Below are positions 28,230 to 38,242 of a stretch of DNA of 43,833 bases, piece after piece (position 1 is the first letter of the stretch; each line of letters opens with the position of its first letter). The stretch covers positions 1 to 43,833 of the forward strand of contig JBLIRN010000025.1 of assembly GCA_049472315.1 (NCBI GenBank). Direction: 5' to 3'. A model generated the notes under the pieces. It had not been told where the DNA came from, made no database searches, and saw nothing but the letters and a program-made list of their open reading frames with translations. Both the position numbers and the translations under genes were made by a program. Source of the DNA: a bacterium. Its GTDB lineage: Bacteria; SZUA-182; DTGQ01; JAFGSM01.

Positions 28230-28440
28230 CTGACGAAGTTTGGAAACGGGGTCGCGCGCTTTTTTTATGGACGCACGAGCAACATAGTGCTTCGCTTCGC
28301 TCCGCCTGACGAAGTTTGGTGTGGAGTTGAATCGGAAACCCTATTGGTTGACGCAAAGAGCAGCATAGTAGCTTCGCTTCGCTGCGCCTGACGAAGTTTG
28401 GTGTGTGCTTCGCTTCGCTTCGCCTGACAAAGTTTGGTTG
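28230..28440. repeat. Cluster of direct repeats (three ~34-bp copies plus one partial)
   Basis: GCTTCGCTTCGCTnCGCCTGACrAAGTTTGGT; CTGAC cores at 28230, 28306, 28388 and 28424. Confidence 0.85.
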
Positions 28441-28544
28441 CACCCCCTTCCCTCCCAGCGGGGTAAACATTTCTGCTTACGCTACATGCCCGAGGGTTTG
28501 CTATGAGAATCACCCTGGGCACTCAGGAAAGGCATGGAATCGCA

Positions 28545-28796
28545 ATGACCACGGAAATCGATCAGCCCATACGCGTGGGGGCCGTGTTCGGCCCTCCGGA
28601 TCGGATCAGGCCCGCCTGGTTCGTGTGGAAGGGGAGGAGGCATGAGGTGCGGCAGGTCACCTATACCTGGGACGAGCGGGAGGGAAGCGCCTGGGTTCAG
28701 AACTTCGCGGTCTCCGACGGGGCGAACCTCTACCACATCGCCTACCATAGGGATGCCATGACCTGGCGGCTGGTGGCCCTGGAGGAGGGGGGGTGA
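28545..28796 (+). CDS. Small dinB-associated protein (DUF6504-like)
   Basis: P.WFVWKGRRHEV..V..TW...F.V....NLYHIAY....TWRL pattern; directly upstream of dinB. Confidence 0.7.
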   Translation: MTTEIDQPIRVGAVFGPPDRIRPAWFVWKGRRHEVRQVTYTWDEREGSAWVQNFAVSDGANLYHIAYHRDAMTWRLVALEEGG

Positions 28797-28802
28797 GCGG
28801 TG

Positions 28803-30035
28803 ATGGAGCAGGAGCGGATCATCCTCCACATCGACATGGATGCCTTCTTCGCCTCGGTGGAGCAGCAGTGCAGGCCGGGCTTGAGGGACAAACCCATCGC
28901 GGTGATCGGCGGCGGCTCACGCACGGTGATCACCACCTCCTCGTACCAGGCCCGGCGTCGCGGCGTGAAGACGGGGATGACCATCTACGAGGCACGCAGG
29001 AAATGCCCCGACATCCACCTGGTGATTGCGGACAACCGGAAGTACATCGATACCTCCTGCCGGATCGTGCGAATCTTCCAGCAGTTTACCCCCCTGGTGG
29101 AGGTCTACTCCGTTGACGAGGCATTCCTGGACGTCACCGGCTGCATCCCCCTGTTTGCGAGTCCGGAGGAGATAGCCGGACGGATCAAGGCCTGCATCCG
29201 GGGGGACCTGGGTATCACCTGTTCCATCGGTATCGCCCCCAACAAACTCCTGGCCAAGCTGGCGAGCGACCTGCGCAAACCGGACGGGCTCTTCAGGGTT
29301 GTGTCCCGGGACGTGCCCGGCCTGATGGAGGACTTGCCGGTGGAGGAGCTGTGCGGCGTCGGCCCCCGCCTGGCCCGGTCTCTGGAACATCTGGGAATAA
29401 GGACCTGCGGGCAGCTGGGGAGGATGCCGGTGGAGATCCTCTCCCGCCGCTTCGGGATCATCGGGGAGCGGCTTCAGGCAATGGGGCGGGGCAGGGACGA
29501 CACCCCGGTCATCCCCATCGGGGAGGAGCCGGAGGTCAAATCCGTGGGTCACAGCATGACCCTGGAGCGGGACATCACCGAGCGGGAGGACATCCTGCGC
29601 CATCTCCTCCTGCTTTCGCAGATGGTGGGGAAGCGGGCGCGGGCATACTGCCTGGCGGGGAGGACCGTGGCCCTGACCGTCCGGTACAAGGACTTCCAGA
29701 CCTTCACCACCCGGAAGACGATCAGCCGCGCCATCAACGGCACCCACGAGATCTGGGAGGTGGCGAAGGAGATCCTGGCGGGGTGCCGCCTGTGGCAGCC
29801 GGTGCGCCTTCTGGGGGTTTCCCTTACCAATCTCTGCCCCCGGGCGCGGCAGCTCCCCCTGCTCGGGAGGTCGATGCCCCTGGCGCGGGTCTGCAGGGTC
29901 ATGGACGAGATCAACGACCGGTATGGGGAAAACACCATCATCTGGGGGGAACTCCTCCCACAGCACGAAAAGGGCTCCCGGGTCATCTCCCCCAGTTGGC
30001 GGCCCCAGGGGGCGCGGAGGGTGGATGTGCGGTAG
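28803..30035 (+). CDS. dinB: DNA polymerase IV
   Basis: ILHIDMDAFFASVEQ, SYQAR, SVDEAFLD, NKLLAKLASD..KPDG. Confidence 0.95.
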   Translation: MEQERIILHIDMDAFFASVEQQCRPGLRDKPIAVIGGGSRTVITTSSYQARRRGVKTGMTIYEARRKCPDIHLVIADNRKYIDTSCRIVRIFQQFTPLVEVYSVDEAFLDVTGCIPLFASPEEIAGRIKACIRGDLGITCSIGIAPNKLLAKLASDLRKPDGLFRVVSRDVPGLMEDLPVEELCGVGPRLARSLEHLGIRTCGQLGRMPVEILSRRFGIIGERLQAMGRGRDDTPVIPIGEEPEVKSVGHSMTLERDITEREDILRHLLLLSQMVGKRARAYCLAGRTVALTVRYKDFQTFTTRKTISRAINGTHEIWEVAKEILAGCRLWQPVRLLGVSLTNLCPRARQLPLLGRSMPLARVCRVMDEINDRYGENTIIWGELLPQHEKGSRVISPSWRPQGARRVDVR

Positions 30036-30050
30036 AAAACAAAATGGGGT

Positions 30051-30761
30051 CTATGAGGTCTCGATGCCCAGGTCCTTGAACAGCGATATCATGTCGCGTT
30101 CCAGGAGCTTGTCGCTGTTCAGCAGGGCAAGGCAGCGCCGGGCAAAATGGTCATCGTGCCTGATGCGATCGATGAGGTATCCCTTTACCACGTCCGTGGT
30201 GATCTCCTTGGTCCGGTAGATCCCTTCGATGTCCTTCTTGGCGCGGGTGAGGTACAGATCGGATTTCCCCACCTCGTCGTCGTACACGATCTCCCTGCTC
30301 ACCCACTCCCATTCCACCCGCTGTATCCAGAGCTTCTCGCCCAGGTAGATGGAATTTACGTTGATGGTCATGTCGTCGGTCACCCAGTGACAGGTCCAGG
30401 GATCAACGAACAGGGCACCCTGGACACTGTTCGGCAGGGTGATGTGGTTTCCGGAGAAGGTCCGGATGTTTGCGCATGCATTCTCCGTGGTACGGTAGGC
30501 GAGGGTAATCTGGAGGTAGAGGCCCTCCCGTGCGTACTTGTCCTTTTTGGGGAGGATGTCCTTGAACATGAGTGCCGGGCCTGCATCGTAGATCTCGATC
30601 AATCCCTGTTCCTTGTCGTGATACCAGTTCGGCCCGTAGATGATGGCGTCGGCCGCCCAGGCGATGCCGCGCTGGCCGAGGACATCGGTCTCCTCGCGCT
30701 CGACCGGCCTGGGCATGATGGTCTTCTTGACCCTCGGGAAAAACTCTCGTTTATATTCCAT
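30051..30761 (-). CDS. Hypothetical protein (236 aa)
   Basis: AAGGAGGG RBS before MEYKREFF; GC3-rich codons; no family recognised. Confidence 0.7.
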   Translation of the reverse strand: MEYKREFFPRVKKTIMPRPVEREETDVLGQRGIAWAADAIIYGPNWYHDKEQGLIEIYDAGPALMFKDILPKKDKYAREGLYLQITLAYRTTENACANIRTFSGNHITLPNSVQGALFVDPWTCHWVTDDMTINVNSIYLGEKLWIQRVEWEWVSREIVYDDEVGKSDLYLTRAKKDIEGIYRTKEITTDVVKGYLIDRIRHDDHFARRCLALLNSDKLLERDMISLFKDLGIETS

Positions 30762-31146
30762 GGATAAACCCTCCTTATCTGGGGTATGTACGTCGGGAAG
30801 AGGAGACAGTAACGCGGGAATGTATGATTTCATCGTGCACACGATATCATGTTGGATTCGGAAATTCAAGGTGTTGGACTATACGGGCCGTGGGGACGAA
30901 TCCAAGAGGTCGTTACCCATCCCTTCCAGCAATTCTGATTTTGATGTTTCATTGTCGTGGCCTTCCCGTCTGGCGGAGTAAATATGCCTGCCCACGCTCC
31001 CCCGAAGATCCAAAATGAGAATTGCTGCATCTCTTCACTGCCGCTTGAACAAAGAACGATAATATGGTACTGATAAAAAAGAGAGAGGGGGAACCCTGCG
31101 CACGAGGGGTTGTCGGTGCGAACAAGAAGAAGAGGAGGTATGATCG

Positions 31147-31626
31147 TTGAGTATAAGTCCAACATATCTGACACGGGAAGGGTACAAAAAACTAAAGGAT
31201 GAGCTGGAATATCTGAAGGGTACCAAACGGCGGGAGATATCCGCACAGATAGGCGAGGCGAGGGCACACGGGGATATAAGCGAGAATGCCGAATATGATG
31301 CGGCAAAGGAGGCCCAGGGACACGTGGAAAGAAAGATTGCCGCATTGGAGGTGAAGCTTGCCCGTGTGAAGATTATCGAGGACGAAAACTTTCCTGACGA
31401 CAAGGTCTATATCGGGGCACGGGTGAAGCTCTATGACTGTCAGACGGACTCCGAGGTGTGCTACCTGCTCGTTGCCCCGGAAGAGGCTGATTTCAAGGAG
31501 GGAAAGATTTCCACCACCGCGCCGGTGGGCAGGGCACTCCTCGGGCGCGAGGTGGGGGATTCGGTAAAGGTGAAAGCCCCGAACGGGATCAAGGAATACG
31601 AAATCCTGGAGATAACCAGGGAGTAA
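31147..31626 (+). CDS. greA: Transcription elongation factor GreA
   Basis: YLTREGYKKL, ARAHGDISENAEYDAAK, ISTTAPVGRAL; GAGGAGG RBS then TTG. Confidence 0.95.
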   Translation: MSISPTYLTREGYKKLKDELEYLKGTKRREISAQIGEARAHGDISENAEYDAAKEAQGHVERKIAALEVKLARVKIIEDENFPDDKVYIGARVKLYDCQTDSEVCYLLVAPEEADFKEGKISTTAPVGRALLGREVGDSVKVKAPNGIKEYEILEITRE

Positions 31627-31777
31627 ACCCTCGGCCCGGCCGTCCATTCTCATGTATATCCCCAAGGCAGGGATACAGCCCCCCCTCTACCGCATGGAAT
31701 TGCTCACGCCGGAAGGGATACAAAGCGCCGATCCCTTGCCGCCGGGAACCATTCAGGCCCGGATGAGAAGTGCGCCA

Positions 31778-32572
31778 TTATTGGGAAAGCGGTATCTGAA
31801 TCCGTTCGATCCCCTTCGCGAGCCCGCTTTTTGCCTCACACCGGACGATCACCGCATTCAGCCAGAGGTCACCGCTTGCGATGGTGAACCGTTGCGGCAT
31901 CTGTGTGAGAAACCGCTCCAGCGCGATCTCCTTCCTGATCCCGATGACGGAGTCATGAGGCCCGGTCATCCCCACGTCGGTTATATATGCGGTCCCCTTG
32001 GGGAGGACCTTCCCATCCGCGGTTTGCACGTGGGTATGGGTGCCCACCACTGCCGATACCTGGCCGTCCAGGAACCATCCCATGGCGATCTTTTCCGATG
32101 TAGCCTCCGCGTGGATATCCACGATGGTGAATTGGGCCTTCTTCTTGAGGATCGGCACGAGCCGCTGTGCCACCTGGAAGGGACAGTCCACGCACGACAT
32201 GAACACACGGCCGGCCAGGTTCAAAACCCCGACCCGGTGTCCGCCCTTGCTCTCGAAGACACCGTGGGTGAACCCGGGGGTCGACTCAGGGTAGTTGGCC
32301 GGCCTCAGCAGCTTGGGTTCGAGGTGGATCACGTCCAGGATCTCCTTCTTGTCCCAGATATGGTTTCCGGAGGTAAGGCAATCGATCCCCATATCCAGGA
32401 GCTCCCGTATGACATTCCTGGTGATGCCGAACCCGGAGGCTGCGTTTTCCGCATTGGCGATGCAGAAGTCGATCTCATGCCGGTTTATCACCGAGGGGAG
32501 CAGTTCGCGGATAATCCTCCTCCCCGGCTTTCCGATTATGTCTCCGATAAACAGGATATTCAATTGGTCCAC
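31778..32572 (-). CDS. ymdB: YmdB-like metallophosphoesterase (TIGR00282)
   Basis: GDIIGKPGR, NAEN, GNHIWD, DIHAEATSEK, GTHTHVQTAD, TDVGMTG; follows rny. Confidence 0.93.
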   Translation of the reverse strand: MDQLNILFIGDIIGKPGRRIIRELLPSVINRHEIDFCIANAENAASGFGITRNVIRELLDMGIDCLTSGNHIWDKKEILDVIHLEPKLLRPANYPESTPGFTHGVFESKGGHRVGVLNLAGRVFMSCVDCPFQVAQRLVPILKKKAQFTIVDIHAEATSEKIAMGWFLDGQVSAVVGTHTHVQTADGKVLPKGTAYITDVGMTGPHDSVIGIRKEIALERFLTQMPQRFTIASGDLWLNAVIVRCEAKSGLAKGIERIQIPLSQ

Positions 32573-32578
32573 ACAGTG

Positions 32579-34153
32579 CTATTTGGCATATTCCACCGCC
32601 CGTGATTCGCGAATCACCGTGACCTTGATCTGGCCGGGATACTCGAGTTCCTTCTCGATCTTGGCGGCGATATCCCTGGCCGCCTGGCCGATGTCGTCGT
32701 CCTTGAGGTTTTCCGGCACCACGATGATCCGTATCTCACGGCCTGCCTGGATTGCATAGGCATTATCGATCCCCCGGAATGACTTGCCGATCTGCTCGAG
32801 TTTTTCAAGGCGCTTGATATAGGTTTCCAGGCTTTCCTTGCGCGCCCCGGGTCTTGCTGCGGAGAGCGCGTCTGCAGCCTGGATGAGCACGGCGGTGATG
32901 GTCTTGGGCTCCTCATCCTCGTGATGGGCGGCGATGGCATTGATCACCTCTTCCGGTTCGCCGTACTTCTTTGCCAGGTCCGCCCCGATCTTGGGATGGG
33001 AGCCTTCCACCTCGTGGTCCACCCCCTTGCCGATATCGTGGAGCAGACCGGCGCGACGCGCCACCTGTTCATCGGTGCCCAGTTCAGCCGCCATGACCCC
33101 GGCGAGGTAGGCGACCTCCTTGGAATGCTGGAGGACGTTTTGACCGTAACTCGTTCGGTACTTGAGCCTGCCGATCAGTTTGATCTCCTCCAGGTGGAGG
33201 TTGTGGACCCCCAGTTCAAAGGCGACCTGCTCCCCTTCCTCCCGGATGGCGGTGTCCATGTCCTTTTGGGCCTTGGCCACCACCTCTTCGATCCTGGCCG
33301 GATGGATGCGGCCGTCGATGATCAGCTTTTGCAGGGCATTTTTTGCGATCTCCCGCCTGATGGGGTCAAATCCGGAAAGGATGACCGCCTCCGGCGTATC
33401 GTCGATGATAAGGTCGATCCCGGTAGCCAACTCCAGTGCCCTGATGTTGCGCCCCTCGCGCCCGATGATCCTTCCCTTCATCTCGTTGTTGGGAAGATCC
33501 ACCACGGACACGGTGGACTCCACCACCTGGTCCGCTGCATAGCGCTGGATGGACAGGCTGATGATCTCCTTTGCCTTCTTGGTCGCGGTCTCCTTGGCCT
33601 CATCCTCGATCTTCTTGATGGTCTTGGCGGCCTCATGCCGGGCATCGGCCTCCATATGCGATATGAGGATGTTTTTGGCCTCCTCCGAGGTAAGCCCGGA
33701 GATATTCTCAAGGATCCTGCGCTCCTTCTGAATAAGCTGGGTATACTCCTCCTCCTTCTCGCGAAGGTCCTTTTCCCGAGTGGTGACCTGCTTGATCCTG
33801 TTGCCGAGCTCGTTTTCCTTCTTGTCGAGCAGGTCCGCCTTCCGGTCGATGTTTTCACCCTTCTGGGTCAGACGCTTTTCAATGCCTTGTAACTCGACGC
33901 GCCGGTCCCTGGTTTCCTTCTCGAATTCGGACCGGGCCTTGTAGATGAGATCCTTGGCCTCGAGTGCGGCCTCCCGCAGTCGATTGCTCGCCTCCTTTTC
34001 AGCATCGGCAACGAGCTTTTTGGCCATTGCCTCGGCATTCACCAGCCGGGTCTCGGAGAGCTTCTTCCTGATGAAATATCCAATAAAAATACAGACAATT
34101 CCCGTAATAATAATGGTCAGAACGATATAGGCTTGCGCGGAAATCTCGTTCAC
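32579..34153 (-). CDS. rny: Ribonuclease Y
   Basis: N-terminal TM, coiled coil, KH ([13 protein letters not shown]), HD (LLHDIGK). Confidence 0.97.
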   Translation of the reverse strand: MNEISAQAYIVLTIIITGIVCIFIGYFIRKKLSETRLVNAEAMAKKLVADAEKEASNRLREAALEAKDLIYKARSEFEKETRDRRVELQGIEKRLTQKGENIDRKADLLDKKENELGNRIKQVTTREKDLREKEEEYTQLIQKERRILENISGLTSEEAKNILISHMEADARHEAAKTIKKIEDEAKETATKKAKEIISLSIQRYAADQVVESTVSVVDLPNNEMKGRIIGREGRNIRALELATGIDLIIDDTPEAVILSGFDPIRREIAKNALQKLIIDGRIHPARIEEVVAKAQKDMDTAIREEGEQVAFELGVHNLHLEEIKLIGRLKYRTSYGQNVLQHSKEVAYLAGVMAAELGTDEQVARRAGLLHDIGKGVDHEVEGSHPKIGADLAKKYGEPEEVINAIAAHHEDEEPKTITAVLIQAADALSAARPGARKESLETYIKRLEKLEQIGKSFRGIDNAYAIQAGREIRIIVVPENLKDDDIGQAARDIAAKIEKELEYPGQIKVTVIRESRAVEYAK

Positions 34154-34211
34154 CCCCTTTATAAAATCGTTTCATGGAGATGCTGTATGGCTTCCATGAA
34201 CGGAAATATGG

Positions 34212-34844
34212 TTATCGATCACATCGTGGCACTTGTGCCTCATGAGCATTCTCTGCCATGATATACGTTTTGCAGTCGATCACTCGACGCTCGGTGATAA
34301 TCTTTTTCATCTTGATATCGAATGCCTCACAGGGGAGCTGTGAGGCGATTTGAATCTCGAAGGCAAGGGCAACGATTGCCTTGCCGGTCACCCCGCTCAG
34401 GAGGCGGTCGTAGTAGCCTCCTCCGAACCCAAGGCGTGTTCCCGAGGCATCGAATGCCACCCCCGGAACGATGAACAGGTCGATTTCTTCGGGGTCGATG
34501 AGGGCATGTTTGCCCGGTCTCGGCTCGCGAATCCCGTATGTGGAGATAACGAGGTCGTCCACCTCATTGGTGATCTCGTACAGGAGGAGCCGTTGTGAAC
34601 TGCGGTCGGTGATGGGTAGGGCTACCCTCCGGCCTTGTTGAATCATGGCGGGAATGAGAGGGTCGGTTGTCACCTCGTTGCGGAAGGATGCATACAGGAG
34701 GCAGGTGCGCGCCTGGATACACTCATCCAAGGAGAGAAGCCGAGCGTGTATGTGGGAACTCTTGTGGTCCCTCTCATCCGGGGTAAGGCTGTCCCTTTTC
34801 GTTAAAAACCGCTTTCTGATGGCAGCCTTGGAGTCCTTTGTCAT
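34212..34844 (-). CDS. 5-formyltetrahydrofolate cyclo-ligase
   Basis: YGIREP, VPGVAFD...RLGFGGGYYDR, IITE; downstream of 6S RNA. Confidence 0.93.
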   Translation of the reverse strand: MTKDSKAAIRKRFLTKRDSLTPDERDHKSSHIHARLLSLDECIQARTCLLYASFRNEVTTDPLIPAMIQQGRRVALPITDRSSQRLLLYEITNEVDDLVISTYGIREPRPGKHALIDPEEIDLFIVPGVAFDASGTRLGFGGGYYDRLLSGVTGKAIVALAFEIQIASQLPCEAFDIKMKKIITERRVIDCKTYIMAENAHEAQVPRCDR

Positions 34845-34914
34845 AGTTGGCCTTATGCGGTAGGAAAAGGCCAAGGACCCTAATATAATGAGAAGGATTC
34901 GTTACCATCACGAA

Positions 34915-35096
34915 TAATCCCCCGCCATGTGCCGTGTGAAGTTTTGAATTTGAACCTGGGTGACCCAGGTGGGTGTCCTCAAGAATGCCTTAAGCTTCCC
35001 TCGAAGGGGCCTGCTTGCGGCATCCCCATAATGGACTCCCCTTATGTTGGTGTTGGCTCAAAACATCAGCTTCATCACGAGCACGGCAGGGGAATA
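34915..35096 (-). ncRNA. ssrS: 6S RNA
   Basis: About 180 nt with complementary ends (tcccccgccatgtgccgtgtgaag / cttcatcacgagcacggcagggga) in the conserved zapA-ssrS-cyclo-ligase position. Ends approximate. Confidence 0.85.
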
Positions 35097-35142
35097 ATAT
35101 CATTCATCCGTGCAAATCGTCCCTTTGAAACATCATATACAT

Positions 35143-35171
35143 ATAGTATTTCATCTCGAATCTATTGTCAA
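35143..35171 (-). promoter_or_regulatory. Sigma70 promoter of 6S RNA
   Basis: Minus strand TTGACA, 17 nt, TACTAT. Confidence 0.7.
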
Positions 35172-35205
35172 TTAGGCCTTCATGCGCCTGACGGCCCGTG
35201 AATGC

Positions 35206-35532
35206 CTAAGTCATAGAAACATGCTCCCGCCCGTGTTCTCCGGCGGAATATCTAAGGGATGAATCCTCCAACATTTTTAGGATATTGGCTGTCTTTTCCT
35301 CCATAGTCTTTATTGTTTCCGATAATTGTAATCTGCTCTCGAATAATTCCTCTGTTATATAAAAGGCGGTTAGGATCACCACTTTTAAAAGCGTCGCTGT
35401 CGGTGCAGCCGCCCTGATATCCGTCATTTTCTGATTCAGGTATTGGGCAATCTCCAGTACCCTTTGAGGATCCGTTTCACTTTTAATGGTGTAGGCCTCT
35501 CCGAGGAGTTCCACCTCAGTCGCATGTATCAC
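35206..35532 (-). CDS. zapA: Cell division protein ZapA
   Basis: VELLGEAYTIKS...IAQYLNQKM...VVILTAFYITEEL; synteny. Confidence 0.85.
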   Translation of the reverse strand: MIHATEVELLGEAYTIKSETDPQRVLEIAQYLNQKMTDIRAAAPTATLLKVVILTAFYITEELFESRLQLSETIKTMEEKTANILKMLEDSSLRYSAGEHGREHVSMT

Positions 35533-35556
35533 GCCGCCCCTCCATCCGGTTACGTA

Positions 35557-35808
35557 TTAGATGTCCTTCAACTGATGTAACATATGTGACACCTTCTCCT
35601 GAACCTGCTGTCGTTCGGATCTCAGCCGTTTAATCTCATCTTCGGAGATGAGCGCATGTTCCAGTCGTCTCTTATTTTCCTTCAGTTTCTTTTGCAGCGT
35701 GCTTATCCTGGCCTGAAGCTGCTCGTTTTCCTCCCTGAGATTCTCGACCTCCCTGATTAAGCTGCCGATTCTCTCCTGGATCAGACTCATTCTCTCGAAA
35801 CTGAGCAT
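35557..35808 (-). CDS. ZapB-like coiled-coil protein
   Basis: All coiled coil, 83 aa, between pheT and zapA. Confidence 0.7.
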   Translation of the reverse strand: MLSFERMSLIQERIGSLIREVENLREENEQLQARISTLQKKLKENKRRLEHALISEDEIKRLRSERQQVQEKVSHMLHQLKDI

Positions 35809-35831
35809 TAAATCCTCCGCTGGAACACAAT

Positions 35832-38240
35832 CTATCGCAGTTCAGCGCCTAATGCAGAGCATAATCGATCTATGATTCGTTGATGAACCTCGTTGACCTC
35901 TTCGTCGGTGAGTGTCCTGGACTCGGAACGGTACATCAGGGAAAACGCGAGGCTCTTTTTCCCCTCCGGGATCTGCCGTCCGACGTAGATATCAAAGAGC
36001 GATACGTCCCGTAATAATTCCCCTCCTTCTTCTTGAATCAGATCAAGCACGTGCCTGAAGGTTGTGCGCTTGTCGATGATAATGGCCAAATCTCGCAATA
36101 CGGGGGGGAATTTTGGCAACGCCTCAAACGTATATTCACCCGGCTGCGCACGTTCAACCAAACCATCAAAATCCAACTCGGCAACCAGGGCGGGTTTCTT
36201 GAGATCAAAGTACTCTCGTATCCGTCCTGATACATATCCAACAATTCCGAAACGTGATGTTCCATCGGTTATATGAAGCGCCCCTCCCTCCTCCAGCCAG
36301 GGGACCGAGGCAGGTTCGAGGCGAAATTCCCTGATTCCGACCTCCTCCAAGAGGAGCTCAATAACACCCCTTATATCATAAATATCGACATTTCGTTCTG
36401 GAATACGCCAATGACGTTCCTTATTTCTCCCCATCATGGCAATCCCCAGTCTTATGCGCTCAGTGACAGGCATCGCCTTTTCCTCGGATGGAAAAAAACA
36501 GGTGCTCAATTCGAATATCTTGAGGTCCGGATTCTGCCGTGACAGATTGTATATGAGATTTTGAATCAGACCGGGAATGACACTGGGCCGTAGTGAATTA
36601 TGCTCTTCCGTCAAGGGATTACTGATCGGGACCGGTTCCGCATTGTCATCCATCCCGATTTTTATATTATCAAATAGCCCCTTCTTTGTAAAGCTGAAAT
36701 TGACCACCTCGGAGAGCCCCGCCCCCACCAGGATGTCCCTGGTCATTGACATAATACGTTGATCCTTCGACATTTTTTCGGTCATGGGGATGCTCCCGCC
36801 GGGGATGGTGGTGGGGATGCGGTTGTACCCGTAGAAACGGGCGATCTCCTCCACCAGGTCGATCTCCTCGGATACGTCCTGCCTGAATGAAGGGGGTTGA
36901 ACGGTGATATGCTCCGTGGTCCGGGAGAGGGTGACAAACGAAAGACCGGTGAGGATGTCCTCCATGGCTTGTGCAGGGAGGTCCAGGCCGATGATCATAT
37001 TCGCCCGTTTGGGGCGAAGCCGTACCGGGTCCTTGATGATGGGCCGGGGATACACGTCCAGGGCACCCTTTGCCGCCCTGCCTCCGGCGAGTTGCAGGAT
37101 CAACTGCGTGGCCCGGTCTGCCGAGGGCACCACCCTTTCGGGATCGATCCCCCGTTCGAACCGCTGTGAAGCCTCGGTGGAAAGCCCCAGCCGGCGGGAG
37201 GTATTCCTGATGCTTGTGGGGTTGAAGATGGCGCTTTCTATAAGCAGGTTGGTGGTGTTCTCGGTCACCTCGGATTCCATCCCCCCCATGACCCCGGCAA
37301 GGGCCACGGAGCGTTCGGCATCGGCGATCATGAGCATGGAGGGGTCCATGGTGCGCTCAACACCGTCCAGGGTGGTAAACACCTCCTTCTCCCACGCCGG
37401 CCGAACGATGATCCGTTTTTTTCGAAGCAGGTCGTAATCGAAGGCATGCAGCGGCTGGCCCGTTTCCATGAGCACGAAGTTCGTCACGTCCACCACATTG
37501 TTGATGGATCGGATGCCAACGGATTCGAGGCGGGAGGCGAGCCAGGCAGGGGAGGGACCGATGGTGACGCCGGTGATGATCCTGGCGGCATACCGGAAAC
37601 AGAGATCGGGGTCCACGATCTCGATCCCTATATGTTGTTCGATGGGTTCCCCTTCCTCCGGGAAGCGGATATCCGGCAGGGCTGCCCTGCCGCCCGTCAT
37701 GGCGGCAACCTCCCTGGCGATGCCGAGGTGTGACAGGCAGTCTGCCCGGTTCGGCGTGATCTCGACATCCAGGATGGTATCCGAGATGTTGAGGTATTCC
37801 GCAAGATCGCTCCCTGCGGGTGCATCCTGGGGAAGGATCATCAGGCCGGAGCGGTCGTCTCCCAAGCCGAGTTCCCATGCGGAACAGAGCATTCCCGCGG
37901 AGGCCACCCCCCTGAGGGTTGCCTCCTTGATCTCCCCTGCGCGGGGAAGGACCGCCCCGGGAAGGGCAATGGGGACCCTGTCCCCGGTTTTCATATTCGT
38001 TGCCCCGCACACCACGGTGGTCGTGTGCTCCCCGATATCCAGCGTGCACAGGCAGAGTTTGTCGGCATTGGGGTGGGGATCGATCCTCGTGATCAGGGCC
38101 ACCCTGCAAAGATCGAGCCCCCGAAGGTAGCGGGAGATCCCCCCAATCTCCAGCCCCAGCATGGTCAACCGCTCAGCGAGTTCCTCCGGTGTGAAGGGGA
38201 CCTCCACATACTCCTTTAACCAGTTATACCCGATGTACAT
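35832..38240 (-). CDS. pheT: Phenylalanine-tRNA ligase beta subunit
   Basis: HPNADKL, TPNRADCLS, GQPLHAFD, DLVEEIAR, FDX-ACB C-terminus. Confidence 0.98.
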   Translation of the reverse strand: MYIGYNWLKEYVEVPFTPEELAERLTMLGLEIGGISRYLRGLDLCRVALITRIDPHPNADKLCLCTLDIGEHTTTVVCGATNMKTGDRVPIALPGAVLPRAGEIKEATLRGVASAGMLCSAWELGLGDDRSGLMILPQDAPAGSDLAEYLNISDTILDVEITPNRADCLSHLGIAREVAAMTGGRAALPDIRFPEEGEPIEQHIGIEIVDPDLCFRYAARIITGVTIGPSPAWLASRLESVGIRSINNVVDVTNFVLMETGQPLHAFDYDLLRKKRIIVRPAWEKEVFTTLDGVERTMDPSMLMIADAERSVALAGVMGGMESEVTENTTNLLIESAIFNPTSIRNTSRRLGLSTEASQRFERGIDPERVVPSADRATQLILQLAGGRAAKGALDVYPRPIIKDPVRLRPKRANMIIGLDLPAQAMEDILTGLSFVTLSRTTEHITVQPPSFRQDVSEEIDLVEEIARFYGYNRIPTTIPGGSIPMTEKMSKDQRIMSMTRDILVGAGLSEVVNFSFTKKGLFDNIKIGMDDNAEPVPISNPLTEEHNSLRPSVIPGLIQNLIYNLSRQNPDLKIFELSTCFFPSEEKAMPVTERIRLGIAMMGRNKERHWRIPERNVDIYDIRGVIELLLEEVGIREFRLEPASVPWLEEGGALHITDGTSRFGIVGYVSGRIREYFDLKKPALVAELDFDGLVERAQPGEYTFEALPKFPPVLRDLAIIIDKRTTFRHVLDLIQEEGGELLRDVSLFDIYVGRQIPEGKKSLAFSLMYRSESRTLTDEEVNEVHQRIIDRLCSALGAELR

Positions 38241-38242
38241 GG

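Noticed and set aside
28300..28362. Hammerhead ribozyme or c-di-GMP-I riboswitch (CTGACGA...GAAAC; GGAAACC...GACGCAAAG)
   Set aside because: Hammerhead stems I and II do not pair, and the GNRA-capped stem and second hairpin of the riboswitch are missing.
28230..28440. CRISPR array
   Set aside because: Spacing is irregular (76/82/36 nt), the intervening sequences are partly homologous, and there are no cas genes in the window.
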